A stretch of 50,924 bases of DNA, from contig JBDRIL010000010.1 of the NCBI GenBank assembly GCA_043815885.1, forward strand, positions 1 to 50,924, in the 5' to 3' direction. The DNA comes from an archaeon. GTDB lineage: Archaea > Iainarchaeota > Iainarchaeia > Iainarchaeales > 1-14-0-10-31-34. Under the pieces are notes generated by a model. The model had not been told where the DNA came from and did not search any database. It saw nothing but the letters and a program-made list of their open reading frames with translations. This document shows, piece by piece, positions 27,861-38,969 of the stretch. A program made the translations under genes and the position numbers. Numbering within the stretch: the stretch's first letter is position 1; each line of letters opens with the position of its first letter.

Positions 27861-28970
27861 TTATTTCTTACCTCTCTTTTCCATTGCCTTCCAGACTCTT
27901 TCCTTTGCTATTTCCATTGCTGCCTCTCTTGGAGGAATCACTTCCTTCTCTGATTTCTTCAGCATTAATTCTGTATTCTTGGTGATTTTTTCTTCTATGG
28001 GTTCATATATTTCTTTTGGTTTTCCTCCGTTGTATTCAACCCAAGAACTAATCACTCCTCCGGCATTAGCCACAAAATCAGGAATAACCACTACATCATT
28101 CTTGAATAACATTCTTTCCCCTCTTAGAGTGACAGGAATGTTTGCTCCCTGCACAATCAATTTCGCTTTCACGTCATTTGCATTCTGGCTTGTAATTACA
28201 TTCGGGATTGCTGCAGGAATATATACATCCACCTCCAGGCTTATCTGTCTTGCGTCATCCATTCTTTCTGCTCCGTCAAACATTGTAATTGTCCCGCTCT
28301 TTTCCCTGAACTTCACTAACTCCTCTATTTCAATTCCATCCTTGTTGTAAATGCATCCAGTGATATCTGAAACAGAAATCATCTTGAATCCCTTTTCAAC
28401 CAAAAACTTTGCAGCAAAGTAACCCACATTTCCAAAACCCTGCACTGCAAATGTTGCGCCTTTTGGATTCAATTCAATATGCTTTGCTCCAACAAGCGTT
28501 GCATACATTACACCTAATCCGGTTGAACCCAATTCATGAGGAATTCCTCCAATCTCTTCAGGTTTTCCTGTACAGCTCTTCATTGAACCATTGGTTTCAG
28601 CAAAGACCTTCATTTCCTTTTCAGTTATATTCATGTCCGGAGCCGAACAATAAATGTCAGGAGAGACAATCTTCAATGCCCTAGCATAGCCTGCCACTAC
28701 CATGTGCTTTTCTGCCATTGAAAGATTTCTGGGGTTAGCAATAATTCCTCCTTTGGCTCCGCCAAAAGGCAGTCCAGCCATTGCGCACTTCCAAGTCATT
28801 GTTCTAGCAAGCTTTGCCACTTCATTCAGTGTAACATTCGGAGTCATCCTGATTCCGCCTTTTCCAACCCCCAAGGCAGTATTATCTATTACAACAAATC
28901 CATGCATTGAACTGCTTGGATCATGCACTTCAACAACCTTTTCAGGCCCAAACTCATCGAATTCAACCAT
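27861..28970 (-). CDS. gdhA: Glutamate dehydrogenase (Glu/Leu/Phe/Val dehydrogenase family)
   Basis: GKGGIR, MTWKC, GGAKGG, APDMN, QGFGNVG, PDFVANAGGVISS. Confidence 0.9.
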   Translation of the reverse strand: MVEFDEFGPEKVVEVHDPSSSMHGFVVIDNTALGVGKGGIRMTPNVTLNEVAKLARTMTWKCAMAGLPFGGAKGGIIANPRNLSMAEKHMVVAGYARALKIVSPDIYCSAPDMNITEKEMKVFAETNGSMKSCTGKPEEIGGIPHELGSTGLGVMYATLVGAKHIELNPKGATFAVQGFGNVGYFAAKFLVEKGFKMISVSDITGCIYNKDGIEIEELVKFREKSGTITMFDGAERMDDARQISLEVDVYIPAAIPNVITSQNANDVKAKLIVQGANIPVTLRGERMLFKNDVVVIPDFVANAGGVISSWVEYNGGKPKEIYEPIEEKITKNTELMLKKSEKEVIPPREAAMEIAKERVWKAMEKRGKK

Positions 28971-29044
28971 TTCATTCCGCCTCCCTAACTACAACCAAAC
29001 AGGAAAAAAATATAAACCAATTACTCTCCAGTGCTTTAAAAATC

Positions 29045-29947
29045 CTATAACTCTATTTCCATTAAGTCCTCTCCCACAATTGATTCAGGAAACACCTGTC
29101 CTGCTTCAATTCCGAATTTGTCTTTTTCCTTGTGCCTTGGGCTTAAATGAAATAAAATTAATTTCTTTACCCTTCCTTTCTCTGCAATCCTTGCTGCATC
29201 CATTGCAGTTGAATGAAATGTTTCCTTTGCTCTGGATTTCATTGAATCCAAAAAAGAGGCTTCATGAAAGAGCACATCAGATTCTTCAATGAATTTAATT
29301 GCATTATTGGTTGGAGAGGTATCAAAGATAATTGAAATCTTTCTTCCCTTCCTTTTGCTTTTTTCATCCAATACTTCTTCAGGTTTAACCTTTTTTCCCT
29401 TGAAATTAACTGCCTTTCCTTTCTGCAGCTGGCCCCATAAAGGCCCTTCAGGAATCCCTAAAGCTTTAGCTTTTTCTTTAAGGAATCTTCCGCTTGAATC
29501 CTTTTCCCTGAACACATAACCAAAACAAGGAACCTCATGATTCAGCTTAAAAGCATGTACAGTGAATTCCTCTTCATCCCATATTTTTCCCTGTTTTACT
29601 TCCATTGCATCCAATGCAAATCCCACTCTCAAAAAACTCAGTTCCACTGCCTTCCTTACAATTGCCTTCACTCCTTTTGGACCAAAAATTTTTAGCGGCA
29701 CTTCTCTCTGATGAAGTGTCATTGTTGCAAGCAATCCAGGCAAACCCAATAAATGGTCTCCGTGAAAGTGGCTGATAAAGATTGCGGCAATCTTCATGTA
29801 GCTAACCTTTCCTTTCATCATCTGTCTCTGGGTTCCCTCAGGACAGTCAAACAAGTAATTCAGTCCATGAAAATTAATGTTAACACTGCTGAAGTTCCTG
29901 TCCTTTGTAGGAGTACTGCTCGAAGTTCCAAGTAAAGTTATCTTCAT
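29045..29947 (-). CDS. rnz: Ribonuclease Z
   Basis: LGTSSSTPT, FDCPEGTQRQ, SHFHGDH, exosite GIPEGP, HEASF, HST, HLSPRH. Confidence 0.96.
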   Translation of the reverse strand: MKITLLGTSSSTPTKDRNFSSVNINFHGLNYLFDCPEGTQRQMMKGKVSYMKIAAIFISHFHGDHLLGLPGLLATMTLHQREVPLKIFGPKGVKAIVRKAVELSFLRVGFALDAMEVKQGKIWDEEEFTVHAFKLNHEVPCFGYVFREKDSSGRFLKEKAKALGIPEGPLWGQLQKGKAVNFKGKKVKPEEVLDEKSKRKGRKISIIFDTSPTNNAIKFIEESDVLFHEASFLDSMKSRAKETFHSTAMDAARIAEKGRVKKLILFHLSPRHKEKDKFGIEAGQVFPESIVGEDLMEIEL

Positions 29948-29951
29948 TTTT

Positions 29952-30524
29952 CTATCCGCCTAACATAAATTTAATTATTCTTTTAGAAATATCTGATACT
30001 AATTTATTTTTAATAAATTCTTCTTCGCTGATATTAAACTTAATAAATTTTTTCTTACCTTTCTCGTATTCTGTTTTCAATTGTCTTATTTTTCCTGGTG
30101 AGATATCATAAACTCGTAGACTTGATGAAGTCGACCTTTTTAGTTTCCCTCTAGAACCATCTGCAACAGGCCCTAATCCTCCTTCATAGCCCGGTTTTAC
30201 AATAAAAAGAAAAGGCCTTTCAAAGTCTTCTTTTTTAGCCGGACGCTTAAGCTCTTTTCCTTTCAGGATAGCTATTGGTCTAGGCTCTTTCGTTTCTAAA
30301 GTATAGTCAATCGCTCCTTTAACAATATTCTTTACACGCATACTCAGTTCCTTGAAAGAGCCATTTCTTTCTTTTTCTCCAAAAAAGTAAACGGGCGCTT
30401 GAAAATTCCTTCTGATTTTAGGTTTGTCTTTATTATTCATTATTACGTGAATCCCGAAGTCAGATCTTTTCCTCGCCATTTCTTCTCTTAATTCACGAAT
30501 TGTTCTAACATTTTTTCCTTTCAT
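29952..30524 (-). CDS. Hypothetical basic protein (ORFan-like)
   Basis: 190-aa ORF filling the gap between rnz and lonB; no recognisable motif. Confidence 0.6.
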   Translation of the reverse strand: MKGKNVRTIRELREEMARKRSDFGIHVIMNNKDKPKIRRNFQAPVYFFGEKERNGSFKELSMRVKNIVKGAIDYTLETKEPRPIAILKGKELKRPAKKEDFERPFLFIVKPGYEGGLGPVADGSRGKLKRSTSSSLRVYDISPGKIRQLKTEYEKGKKKFIKFNISEEEFIKNKLVSDISKRIIKFMLGG

Positions 30525-30637
30525 ATTTTTTCCTTATTAATTTCCTTACCAAATCCCAAGAGATATAAATACTTCCAAAGAATTATATTATTATAGATTT
30601 GCTATAAATTCTCTCTATTCAGTTTAGGGGATTACTC

Positions 30638-32584
30638 ATGACTAAAAAAGCAAAGGAATCCAAGAATAATTCACTCAATTTTAGTTCTACCTCTGAATTA
30701 AAGGTGCCTGAAAGGCTTATTGATCAAGTTGTGGGGCAGGAGAATTCAGCTGAAATAATCAAGAAAGCTGCAGCACAAAAAAGAAATGTCTTGCTTGTAG
30801 GATTGCCTGGAACAGGAAAATCAATGCTTGCACAGGCAATGGCTGAAATACTTCCAGTAAGCCAGTTAAAGGACATTCTTGTTTATCCTAACCGTGCAGA
30901 TCCAAATAACCCGAAGATAAGAGTAGTGAAGGCAGGAGAGGGAAAGAAAATAGTCCACCAGATAAGGCTTAATGCAAGGTCAAAAGAAGATAATTCAAGA
31001 ATGCTGGGATTTTTGCTTCCTTTAGGTTTCTTTATTGTTGCAAGCATTATGTGGAGGCCTCTTGGATGGATTCCGGATGTAGTTTTTTCTGCATCACTAA
31101 TAATTGGTGCAATACTAATGCTTGGCTTTGTCTTGGGTTCGCAGATGAGGACAAAAAGCACTGCTGAAACACCAAAGCTATTGATTGATAATTCAGGAAA
31201 AAAGACTGCTCCATTCATTGAAGCAACTGGCGCCAGAGCAGGATCATTGCTTGGAGATGTAAGACATGATCCCCTTCAATCCGGGGGCCTTGGAACGCCG
31301 CCACACTTAAGGGTTGAACCAGGAATGATTCACAGGGTTAATGGAGGAGTGATTTTCCTTGACGAGATTGCAACCCTCTCTCAAAAAGCACAGCAGGAAC
31401 TGCTTACAGCAATGCAGGAAAAAAAGTATTCCATTACTGGCCAGAGCGAGTTAAGCAGCGGAGCAATGACTAGAACTGTTCCTGTTCCGTGTGACTTTGT
31501 TTTGGTTGCAGCAGGAAACTATGAGGACCTCCAAAAAGTCCATCCTGCATTGCGTTCAAGAATCAGAGGTTATGGTTATGAATTGTACATGAATCTTGAT
31601 ATGCCTGACAATGAAGAAAACAGAATGAAGATAGCCCAGTTCATTGCACAGGAAGTAAAAAAAGACGGAAAGATTCCTTCCTTCGGCAAGGAAGCAGTTG
31701 AATTAATTTTATTTGAGGCAAGAAGAAGAGCCGGAAGAAAGAATTCCCTTACTCTAAAATTAAGGGATTTAGGCGGATTAGTTAGAGCGGCAGGAGACAT
31801 TGCAAAAGAACAAGGCCATAAACTTGTTTCAGAACAGGACGTGATTGAAGCAAAGGTTAGCGCCAGAACCCTGGAACAGCAGATGATGAAGAAAATAATT
31901 GATGAAAAAAAGGATTACGATGTTTATTTGAATGAAGGAATTGCTGTTGGAAGAGTGAATGGATTGGCTGTAAGTGCAGACGGGGATGCAGGATTAGTTC
32001 TTCCAATAGAGGCAGAGGCTGCTCCTGCTTTATCCAAGGCAGAAGCAAAACTCATTGCAACAGGAAAATTAGGGGAAATAGCAAGAGAGGCAGTTCAAAA
32101 TGTTTCAGCAATAATTAAGCGATTAAGCGGAAAAGACATTTCAAGGTATGACATTCATATTCAATTCCTTCAGGCTTATTCCGGAGTAGAGGGAGATTCT
32201 GCTTCTGTTTCAGTTGCTACAGCAGTAATCTCTGCTCTGGAAAGGATTCCAGTAAGGCAGTCAGTTGCAATGACTGGAAGTTTAAGCGTCAGAGGAGAAG
32301 TTCTTCCTGTTGGAGGAGTTACAGCAAAAGTACAGGCAGCAATTGCTGCCGGATTCAAGGAAGTAATTGTCCCTAAATCAAATCTGGAAGACATTATTCT
32401 TCCGGAAAAAGAAAAGCAAAAAATTAAGATTATTCCTGCTGCCTCTTTGAGTGATGTACTGGACAATGCATTAGAGAAAGGAAAAATGAAGACAAAACTA
32501 TTGAAGGAATTAAGGAAAATAATTAACCTTGGCTTTCCATCAATAATAAAGGAAAGCCTTCCAAAAGTTCCAAAAATCAGCTGA
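30638..32584 (+). CDS. lonB: Archaeal membrane-bound Lon protease
   Basis: [17 protein letters not shown], two TM inserted in [27 protein letters not shown]. Confidence 0.97.
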   Translation: MTKKAKESKNNSLNFSSTSELKVPERLIDQVVGQENSAEIIKKAAAQKRNVLLVGLPGTGKSMLAQAMAEILPVSQLKDILVYPNRADPNNPKIRVVKAGEGKKIVHQIRLNARSKEDNSRMLGFLLPLGFFIVASIMWRPLGWIPDVVFSASLIIGAILMLGFVLGSQMRTKSTAETPKLLIDNSGKKTAPFIEATGARAGSLLGDVRHDPLQSGGLGTPPHLRVEPGMIHRVNGGVIFLDEIATLSQKAQQELLTAMQEKKYSITGQSELSSGAMTRTVPVPCDFVLVAAGNYEDLQKVHPALRSRIRGYGYELYMNLDMPDNEENRMKIAQFIAQEVKKDGKIPSFGKEAVELILFEARRRAGRKNSLTLKLRDLGGLVRAAGDIAKEQGHKLVSEQDVIEAKVSARTLEQQMMKKIIDEKKDYDVYLNEGIAVGRVNGLAVSADGDAGLVLPIEAEAAPALSKAEAKLIATGKLGEIAREAVQNVSAIIKRLSGKDISRYDIHIQFLQAYSGVEGDSASVSVATAVISALERIPVRQSVAMTGSLSVRGEVLPVGGVTAKVQAAIAAGFKEVIVPKSNLEDIILPEKEKQKIKIIPAASLSDVLDNALEKGKMKTKLLKELRKIINLGFPSIIKESLPKVPKIS

Positions 32585-32597
32585 TTATTTTTTTTAA

Positions 32598-33824
32598 TTA
32601 AATTGCAACAATTCTTCCTTCTCTTAGAACAAACTTCTTTTTCGTTAACTTTACTAGATTCTTTCCTTTTAAGTCCTCGAATTGAATGGATTTTTCTTTT
32701 GCGTTAATGTCTGCTACTTTTCCCATCCATTTTCCGTCCTTGGAGTAAACAGGCAATCCAATAAGCAGTTTTGTGATTCTTCTTGTTACGTCAAAAACAT
32801 AACTTATCTGGTATGCAATAAGTAATACAATAAAGCTTCCGATAATGCTTGAAACAAACCAGATTACGTCTGCTTCCTTTGTTATTACGAGCGTTCCTGA
32901 ATCAAGGATAAACCAAAGGAGCAGTACTGATACTAAGTAGAGGAAGTATCTTCTTATTTCGTGCATTTTCTTGAAGTGCAATAAGTCAATGCTTTTTCCG
33001 ATTATGATGGAGATAACTGCAATCACTAAGTAAACATAGGTTGTCTGTACTGATACAACAATCCTTAAAAGCGAATTCTCAATAGGGTAATAGAGGTAAC
33101 TGTTGTAGCCTGTAAGCACCCCGAATGCAAGAAAGAACAGGCTTCCAATGTAAAATGGAAAGGAAGTTCTTTGAATGGAAAAATTCGCGGTTAATTCCCT
33201 TGCGGAATGAATTATTTTTTCCTCTAACCCAAATCCTTTAAGCAATAGGTATGCCCCAAAAACAAGTGCAATTAACTGAAAGCTTAAACTTCCCAAAGCA
33301 AAGTAAAGCAATAAAATTATTCCCGGGACACCGAAAACAATTCTTGCAAGAAAAGGATCCTTCAATGCCTCCTTTACAGCATAGTAAGCGCTCTCCACCT
33401 CTCTTGCCTGTTTCACGTAAATGGTTTCCTTTGAAATTAATGGCCCCCTGCTCTGAATGATTGGAATTACTTGGTCATCTTCTGCTCCGTCTGTAACCAA
33501 TACAAATGCATCTGCATTGAATTTAGACATTACTTCATCCAGTTGTTCATTGATTTTCTTGTCTGACTCAAATCCTTTTTTTCCTTTTCCTGTGAGTGTT
33601 GCAATTTCTGTTTTTGGATAGAATGCCTTTACTTCATCAAACATCTTTACTGCGCCAAAGATGCAGTTAGCGTCACTCTCTCCTGGATCAGCCAAAGCAA
33701 GTTTTGTTGCTGTCTCTAAATTATTCTTTCTCCCGGTTATTGGTCCTTCTATCCCTGTCTTCCTTCCAATATCATTGTCTCTGTCAATGCACAGAACCAT
33801 TACTTTACTGTATTTTGAAGGCAT
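32598..33824 (-). CDS. DUF373 family membrane protein with C-terminal PRC-barrel-like domain
   Basis: VLCIDRDNDIG, LADPGESDAN, VTDGAEDD; C-terminal LIGLPVYSKDGKWMGKVADI. Confidence 0.88.
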   Translation of the reverse strand: MPSKYSKVMVLCIDRDNDIGRKTGIEGPITGRKNNLETATKLALADPGESDANCIFGAVKMFDEVKAFYPKTEIATLTGKGKKGFESDKKINEQLDEVMSKFNADAFVLVTDGAEDDQVIPIIQSRGPLISKETIYVKQAREVESAYYAVKEALKDPFLARIVFGVPGIILLLYFALGSLSFQLIALVFGAYLLLKGFGLEEKIIHSARELTANFSIQRTSFPFYIGSLFFLAFGVLTGYNSYLYYPIENSLLRIVVSVQTTYVYLVIAVISIIIGKSIDLLHFKKMHEIRRYFLYLVSVLLLWFILDSGTLVITKEADVIWFVSSIIGSFIVLLIAYQISYVFDVTRRITKLLIGLPVYSKDGKWMGKVADINAKEKSIQFEDLKGKNLVKLTKKKFVLREGRIVAI

Positions 33825-33924
33825 TTTCCTCTTCCACCTATGAAAATAAACGTAATCCTTATTTATATTAGCCCGATAAATATATATATTGTTGAATCAT
33901 TAATAATATTTTGGTGAAAAGGCT

Positions 33925-34908
33925 TTGGCTAAACGGGTAGGAGACATTGAATCATATAAAGTAAAACAGGCAATCTTTGCATTGATAGTGGTAATAATAA
34001 TTGCAGTAGCTTATCTTGTTTACCTGAACAAGGAAACAATTGCTTTTTACCTTGGAATAGGTTTTATTGTTTTACTGATTCTTTTCCTGATAAAGCAATA
34101 TGATTTCCTGCTTACACTGAAGGAATATGAAAGAGCAGTAGTGTTTACCTTTGGAAGGGTTTCAAGGGTTGGAGGGCCTGGATGGACATGGATTGTTCCA
34201 TTGGTTCAATCATATCGTTTAGTGGATTTAAGGACAGAAACAATTGATGTGGAGCCTCAGGAAGTTGTAACAGTGGACAAGATAGAGTTAACGGTAGACG
34301 CAGTAATTTATTTGTTTGTAAACAAGGACAGGCAATCGGTAATCAATTCAGTTGTACAGATCCTTGACTATAAAAGAGCATCAAAGCTTTTCGTGCAGGC
34401 TTCTCTGAGGGACGTTATTGGTTCAATGACAATGAGCGAGGTTATTGCAAACATTGAAAAAGTAAATCAGGCAGTAAAAAATAAATTAATTCAAATCACT
34501 TCTTCTTGGGGGATTAATGTTGAATCAGTTGAAATAAAGAATGTAGTGATTCCAAGAGAGGTACTTGATGCAATGCACTTCCAGAAAGCAGAGGAACAGA
34601 GAAAACTGGCTAAATTTGAGGAAGCCCAGGGAAAGAGATATGAGATTGATGCAATAAGGGATGCAGCAGACAAGTTAACGGACAAGAGCATTACCTATTA
34701 TTATCTGAAGGCATTAGAGAATATTGCTGACGGGAAAAGCACTAAAATTATTTTCCCTTTAGAGGTAAGCCGTTTAGCTGAGAGTGTTACTGGAAGCATT
34801 TCAGGCAAAACCAAATCCGAGCCTCTTGACTTGGAGAAACTGTCTCCTTATATTGGTGCATTCAAGAAATTCATGAAAGAAACCCAGAAAAAGAAATTAA
34901 AGAAATAA
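33925..34908 (+). CDS. SPFH/stomatin (band 7) family protein
   Basis: EYERAVVFTFGR, GPG, VDLRT, PQEVVTVD, LRDVIG, WGINVESVEIK. Confidence 0.93.
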   Translation: MAKRVGDIESYKVKQAIFALIVVIIIAVAYLVYLNKETIAFYLGIGFIVLLILFLIKQYDFLLTLKEYERAVVFTFGRVSRVGGPGWTWIVPLVQSYRLVDLRTETIDVEPQEVVTVDKIELTVDAVIYLFVNKDRQSVINSVVQILDYKRASKLFVQASLRDVIGSMTMSEVIANIEKVNQAVKNKLIQITSSWGINVESVEIKNVVIPREVLDAMHFQKAEEQRKLAKFEEAQGKRYEIDAIRDAADKLTDKSITYYYLKALENIADGKSTKIIFPLEVSRLAESVTGSISGKTKSEPLDLEKLSPYIGAFKKFMKETQKKKLKK

Positions 34909-34918
34909 TGCTTTTTCT

Positions 34919-35803
34919 CTAACTAAGGATTATTAGATATGCTTCAATCAATGCACCTAAAACCAATAGAAGGAATGCAATCAATAAAAGGATTGCTACG
35001 TCCTTCAAGATTATTTCGAATTCATTTGTTTTGTGCTTTCCCTTTGTAACTGCAACAGAAATGATTCCTCCTGCAATGGCTCCAACAAAGTAGCCCAATA
35101 ATTCCGGCACTCCATGCGGGACCAATCCTATTGCATTAACCAGTCCATGCACATAGGAAGCCACTAATGAAAAAGGACCTAATCCGGAATACATTGCAAT
35201 CACACTTAATGCATCCTTTCCAATCACTACCCCTATTACTGATGCATTCCATGCAATCAGGAATATTGCCCCAACTCCATACACAAAAGACATCATTAAT
35301 GCAAGAAACAATACCTTTACATTGTTCTCCAGAATGAATCCAAACCAGCAAAAAGCGTCCTTACTGCAGGCCATTGAAGGAGCCTGGGAAACATTTCCGG
35401 TTAATTCTGCTTTAAGGTACTGTATTCCTGCAACCGCTTTTTCCTGTTCCTCGAATACAGAACCTCTTACTTCTTCCGGAAGAAAGACATACCAGAAAGA
35501 ATACGATACAATCAATCCAATAAAGATAAAACTGTAAATGAGAATTAAATCAAAGTGCCTCTCTAAAAAAGTAGTACAGCATCCAGGGGTTTTTGCTTCT
35601 TCTCCCTCTTCAACCAAGAATATATGGTAGAGGATAGGCATCATTCCCACTGTAACAAAGGCAATACTCAGTACGCTTGCACTGGCGGGAAAGGTAGCAT
35701 AGGCAACAATTATTCCAATGCTTGAAAGAAGAATGCTCAGGAAGAACATTATGAATGGATTCCTTCTTGCTTCCCTTACCTTGATTAAGTCCTCTAAAAC
35801 CAT
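34919..35803 (-). CDS. SpoIIM-like (DUF95) membrane protein
   Basis: ILENNVKV, WNASVIG, PHGVPE, GALIEAY. Confidence 0.85.
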   Translation of the reverse strand: MVLEDLIKVREARRNPFIMFFLSILLSSIGIIVAYATFPASASVLSIAFVTVGMMPILYHIFLVEEGEEAKTPGCCTTFLERHFDLILIYSFIFIGLIVSYSFWYVFLPEEVRGSVFEEQEKAVAGIQYLKAELTGNVSQAPSMACSKDAFCWFGFILENNVKVLFLALMMSFVYGVGAIFLIAWNASVIGVVIGKDALSVIAMYSGLGPFSLVASYVHGLVNAIGLVPHGVPELLGYFVGAIAGGIISVAVTKGKHKTNEFEIILKDVAILLLIAFLLLVLGALIEAYLIILS

Positions 35804-35902
35804 TCCAAAAAACTCCTTTTAGGTTGCAGAGCAATTTAAATATATTTTCTTTCCTTAATAATTATTGCTTCTTTTATATATAAATGAATGGTGTGATTAA
35901 TA

Positions 35903-36463
35903 ATGGAAAAAAAGATAAAGCTAGTTTTCCCAGGGGAATTCCTCACAGTAGAGGAAGAGTATTTGCCTGGAAAAAACACGTTTGAGGAAGAGAACGGAAG
36001 AATTTATTCTGCAAGGATTGGAGAACTGGAATTCAATGAAAAGGAGAGAGAAGTAACTGTAAAACCAAAGAAAGAAATGAAGTTAGTGGACGTAGGCACA
36101 ATAATAACCGGAAACGTTTTGCTCTTAAAGGATTCAATGGCATTAATAAAGATTATTAAAGCAGAAAAAGACAACGAGGAAAGGATTCCATTGAATTCTA
36201 CTGCAATCCTGTTTATTTCAAACATTGCAAGAGGATTTGTTAAAAGCATTAGGGATGAATTCAAGATAGGGGACATTGTAAAGGCAAAGGTTGTTACAGT
36301 CAGCCCCTACTCCATTGAAGTAACCACTACTTTTCCTGAGTTAGGAGTAATAAAGGCTTTCTGCACTAAATGCAGGAATTCCCTTGAATTATATGGAAGC
36401 GACCTTAAATGCAGGAAGTGCGGTTCTGTTGAGAAAAGAAAGATTTCAAGCAGCTATGCATGA
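35903..36463 (+). CDS. csl4: Exosome RNA-binding subunit Csl4
   Basis: VFPGEFL..EEEYLPG, S1 domain, LGVIKAFCTKC...CRKCG..EKRKIS. Confidence 0.95.
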   Translation: MEKKIKLVFPGEFLTVEEEYLPGKNTFEEENGRIYSARIGELEFNEKEREVTVKPKKEMKLVDVGTIITGNVLLLKDSMALIKIIKAEKDNEERIPLNSTAILFISNIARGFVKSIRDEFKIGDIVKAKVVTVSPYSIEVTTTFPELGVIKAFCTKCRNSLELYGSDLKCRKCGSVEKRKISSSYA

Positions 36464-36484
36464 AATAAAAAGGAAGGAGATGAA

Positions 36485-36760
36485 ATGAAGATAGAGGCAA
36501 TAAAAAACCAAAAGAATTTCCTGGAATTCGTTATCAAGGGAGAGAGACACACTTTTCCAAGTCTATTGAAGAGCAAATTATTGGAAGACAATTCAGTCGA
36601 ATTTGTTTCATATAAACTGGAGCACCCAATGGACAAAGACAGCGTATTTGTAGTGAAGACAAAAGGCAAGACAGCAAAAAAAGCATTGACCGAAGCCTGC
36701 AAGGAGATTGGCACTGAACTGGAAGAATTCAATAAATCAATGAAGAAGGCAATGAAATAA
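36485..36760 (+). CDS. rpoL: RNA polymerase subunit L (Rpo11)
   Basis: GERHTF, VEFVSYKLEHPM; conserved position after csl4. Confidence 0.93.
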   Translation: MKIEAIKNQKNFLEFVIKGERHTFPSLLKSKLLEDNSVEFVSYKLEHPMDKDSVFVVKTKGKTAKKALTEACKEIGTELEEFNKSMKKAMK

Positions 36761-37303
36761 ATGAAGTCATTGATTAGAGTAATAGGAATCGATGACGGCT
36801 ACTTTTCCTCAAAAAAAGGCACAACGCTTTTGGTCGGGGTTATTTACAGGCTTGACAACAGAGTGGAAGGAATTCTTTCCCAGAAAATAAAGGTTGACGG
36901 AAAAGATTCAACAAAAAAAATAATTAAGATGGTGAAGGACTCAAAATTTACTTCACAGATAAAATGCGTTTTCCTGCATGGAGTGAATTTTGCTGGCTTC
37001 AATGTGGCAGACGTAAAGGAATTAAATAAAAAATTAAGGGTTCCAATAATAACCTGTTTCAGAAGGAATCCGGACATGAAAGGAATAAGGAGGGCACTAT
37101 CAAACCTCTCTGATTCAGGGAAAAGATTCAATCTAATCCTGAATGCAGGAAAAATATATAAAGCAGAAAGAATTCATTTTCAGTGTACCGGAATAGAGGC
37201 AACAGAAGCAAAGGCAATGATAAAGAAGTGCAGGGTTCATTCCCTGCTTCCGGAACCTCTCCGCCTGAGCCATTTGATTGCTTCAGGCGTTACAAAGAAG
37301 TGA
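36761..37303 (+). CDS. DUF99 family (endonuclease V-like) protein
   Basis: RVIGIDDG, VDGKDST, FAGFNV, PEPLRLSHLIASG. Confidence 0.92.
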   Translation: MKSLIRVIGIDDGYFSSKKGTTLLVGVIYRLDNRVEGILSQKIKVDGKDSTKKIIKMVKDSKFTSQIKCVFLHGVNFAGFNVADVKELNKKLRVPIITCFRRNPDMKGIRRALSNLSDSGKRFNLILNAGKIYKAERIHFQCTGIEATEAKAMIKKCRVHSLLPEPLRLSHLIASGVTKK

Positions 37304-37309
37304 AAAAAA

Positions 37310-38113
37310 ATGCATTTCAAAGAAGAAAAAGGATTAAAAGGAAAATACAATAAATTCAAGCAAAAATTTTCCTTCCTTAAATGGATTGACCCATTCACTT
37401 ACGTTGAAATTCTTTTAAGGAAAATCCATCCAAAAAAAGAAAAACCTTCAGCCCTGGATGAAACCATTGACTGGATTGTTTATCTTTTCTTTGCAGCACT
37501 ATTTGCATTTCTCATTTACACTGCTTTTGGAATTATACTGAATACCCCTGCTCCAATGGTAATAGTAGTGAGTGGTTCAATGGAGCCAGTAATGTACAGG
37601 GGAGACGTAATAGTATTGCAGGGAGTTCCAAAAGAAGAAATAAAGGCAAAAGAAATTTCTCTTCCAAGAGATACCTTAGAGGAAACGCTCTTAATAGAGT
37701 TTGGAAAACTCCAATACACTGGAAAAAGAATTTCCTCAATTGAATTCGAGAACAATGAAACAATTGAAATAACCACTGAAGGAGACGTAATAGTATATCA
37801 TTCAAAACTAAAGAACGAACCAGTAATCCACCGGGCAGTAGCAAAACTAAAGGTAATTGACGGAACCTATTTTCTGACGAAAGGAGATTCAATCCTTAAC
37901 ACTACGATTGACCAGGACTGTGGGAGGATTATTCCTCCAGGAGTCCCGGAAAAGGACTGTATCACTCTCTATCCTATTCCTTATGAGGAAATACAGGGAA
38001 AATCAGTTCTCAGGATTCCATTGATTGGATGCGTGAAGTTATGGCTGTTTGATGACCTGACTTCTTTGGTGGTTAATGGAAGGCTTCCAAAAGACTTCCG
38101 AGGAATCTGCTGA
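37310..38113 (+). CDS. Signal peptidase I (S26B/Sec11 type)
   Basis: TM followed by VVSGSMEP, GDVI, VIHR, TKGD. Confidence 0.9.
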   Translation: MHFKEEKGLKGKYNKFKQKFSFLKWIDPFTYVEILLRKIHPKKEKPSALDETIDWIVYLFFAALFAFLIYTAFGIILNTPAPMVIVVSGSMEPVMYRGDVIVLQGVPKEEIKAKEISLPRDTLEETLLIEFGKLQYTGKRISSIEFENNETIEITTEGDVIVYHSKLKNEPVIHRAVAKLKVIDGTYFLTKGDSILNTTIDQDCGRIIPPGVPEKDCITLYPIPYEEIQGKSVLRIPLIGCVKLWLFDDLTSLVVNGRLPKDFRGIC

Positions 38114-38168
38114 AGCAATAAAAACAATTTTAAAACAAGCGCACTATTATTTTTTAGAGTAGAGAAAA

Positions 38169-38921
38169 ATGACTAAACTTGTTCTGTCTAATGCAGTTGA
38201 TTTCAAGAAATCAATTGATGCAATCTCTGTATTAATAGATGAAGCAGAATTTTTGATCGGAAAGGAAGGTCTTTCACTGAAAGCAACCGATCCAAGCCAG
38301 ATTTCAATGCTCGACTTCAAGTTAGACAAGAAGGCCTTCAAGGAATATGATGTGGAAAAAGAAACCAAGATAGGAGTGGACCTTTCATACCTGTCCCAGA
38401 TAATGAACAGAAGCAAGCCAAAAGACGAGTTGACTCTTTCATTGGATGAAACCAAATCAAGAATGGAATTAATTTTTAAAGGGGATTCCACCCGAAGGTT
38501 TTCAATTCCATTAATCGATATCTCTTCCTCTGAATTGCCTTCCCCAAAAATAGATTTTGATGCAGAACTAAAAATGAATGCTAATTTAATTCAGGACGGT
38601 TTAAAGGATGCTGCTCTTGTAAGCACTCACGTTACACTGGGAGTGACAGGAAAAAAGTTTTTAGTGAAAGCAACTTCCTCCAAAGGAGAATCCAATAACG
38701 AAATCATTTCAAAGGAAGACAAGGGATTAAAGGAATTGAATGCAAAAAAGGAATGCTATTCAATGTTTCCCTTGGATTACCTGCAGGACATGATGAAGTC
38801 AGCTTCTTCCGACACAATAGTCGAAATGAACCTGAAAAGCAATGCTCCAGTAAGAATCTCTTATTCAATAGGAAAAGCCTCAATAACTTATTTCCTTGCC
38901 CCAAGAATCGAAACCAGCTAA
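38169..38921 (+). CDS. pcn: DNA polymerase sliding clamp PCNA (copy 1)
   Basis: LKATDPSQISM, IGVDL, RRFSIPLID, canonical C-terminus YFLAPRIE. Confidence 0.96.
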   Translation: MTKLVLSNAVDFKKSIDAISVLIDEAEFLIGKEGLSLKATDPSQISMLDFKLDKKAFKEYDVEKETKIGVDLSYLSQIMNRSKPKDELTLSLDETKSRMELIFKGDSTRRFSIPLIDISSSELPSPKIDFDAELKMNANLIQDGLKDAALVSTHVTLGVTGKKFLVKATSSKGESNNEIISKEDKGLKELNAKKECYSMFPLDYLQDMMKSASSDTIVEMNLKSNAPVRISYSIGKASITYFLAPRIETS

Positions 38922-38969
38922 TTCACAGTAAAATTAATTAATTCTTTCCCCTAATTATTATTGGTTTGA

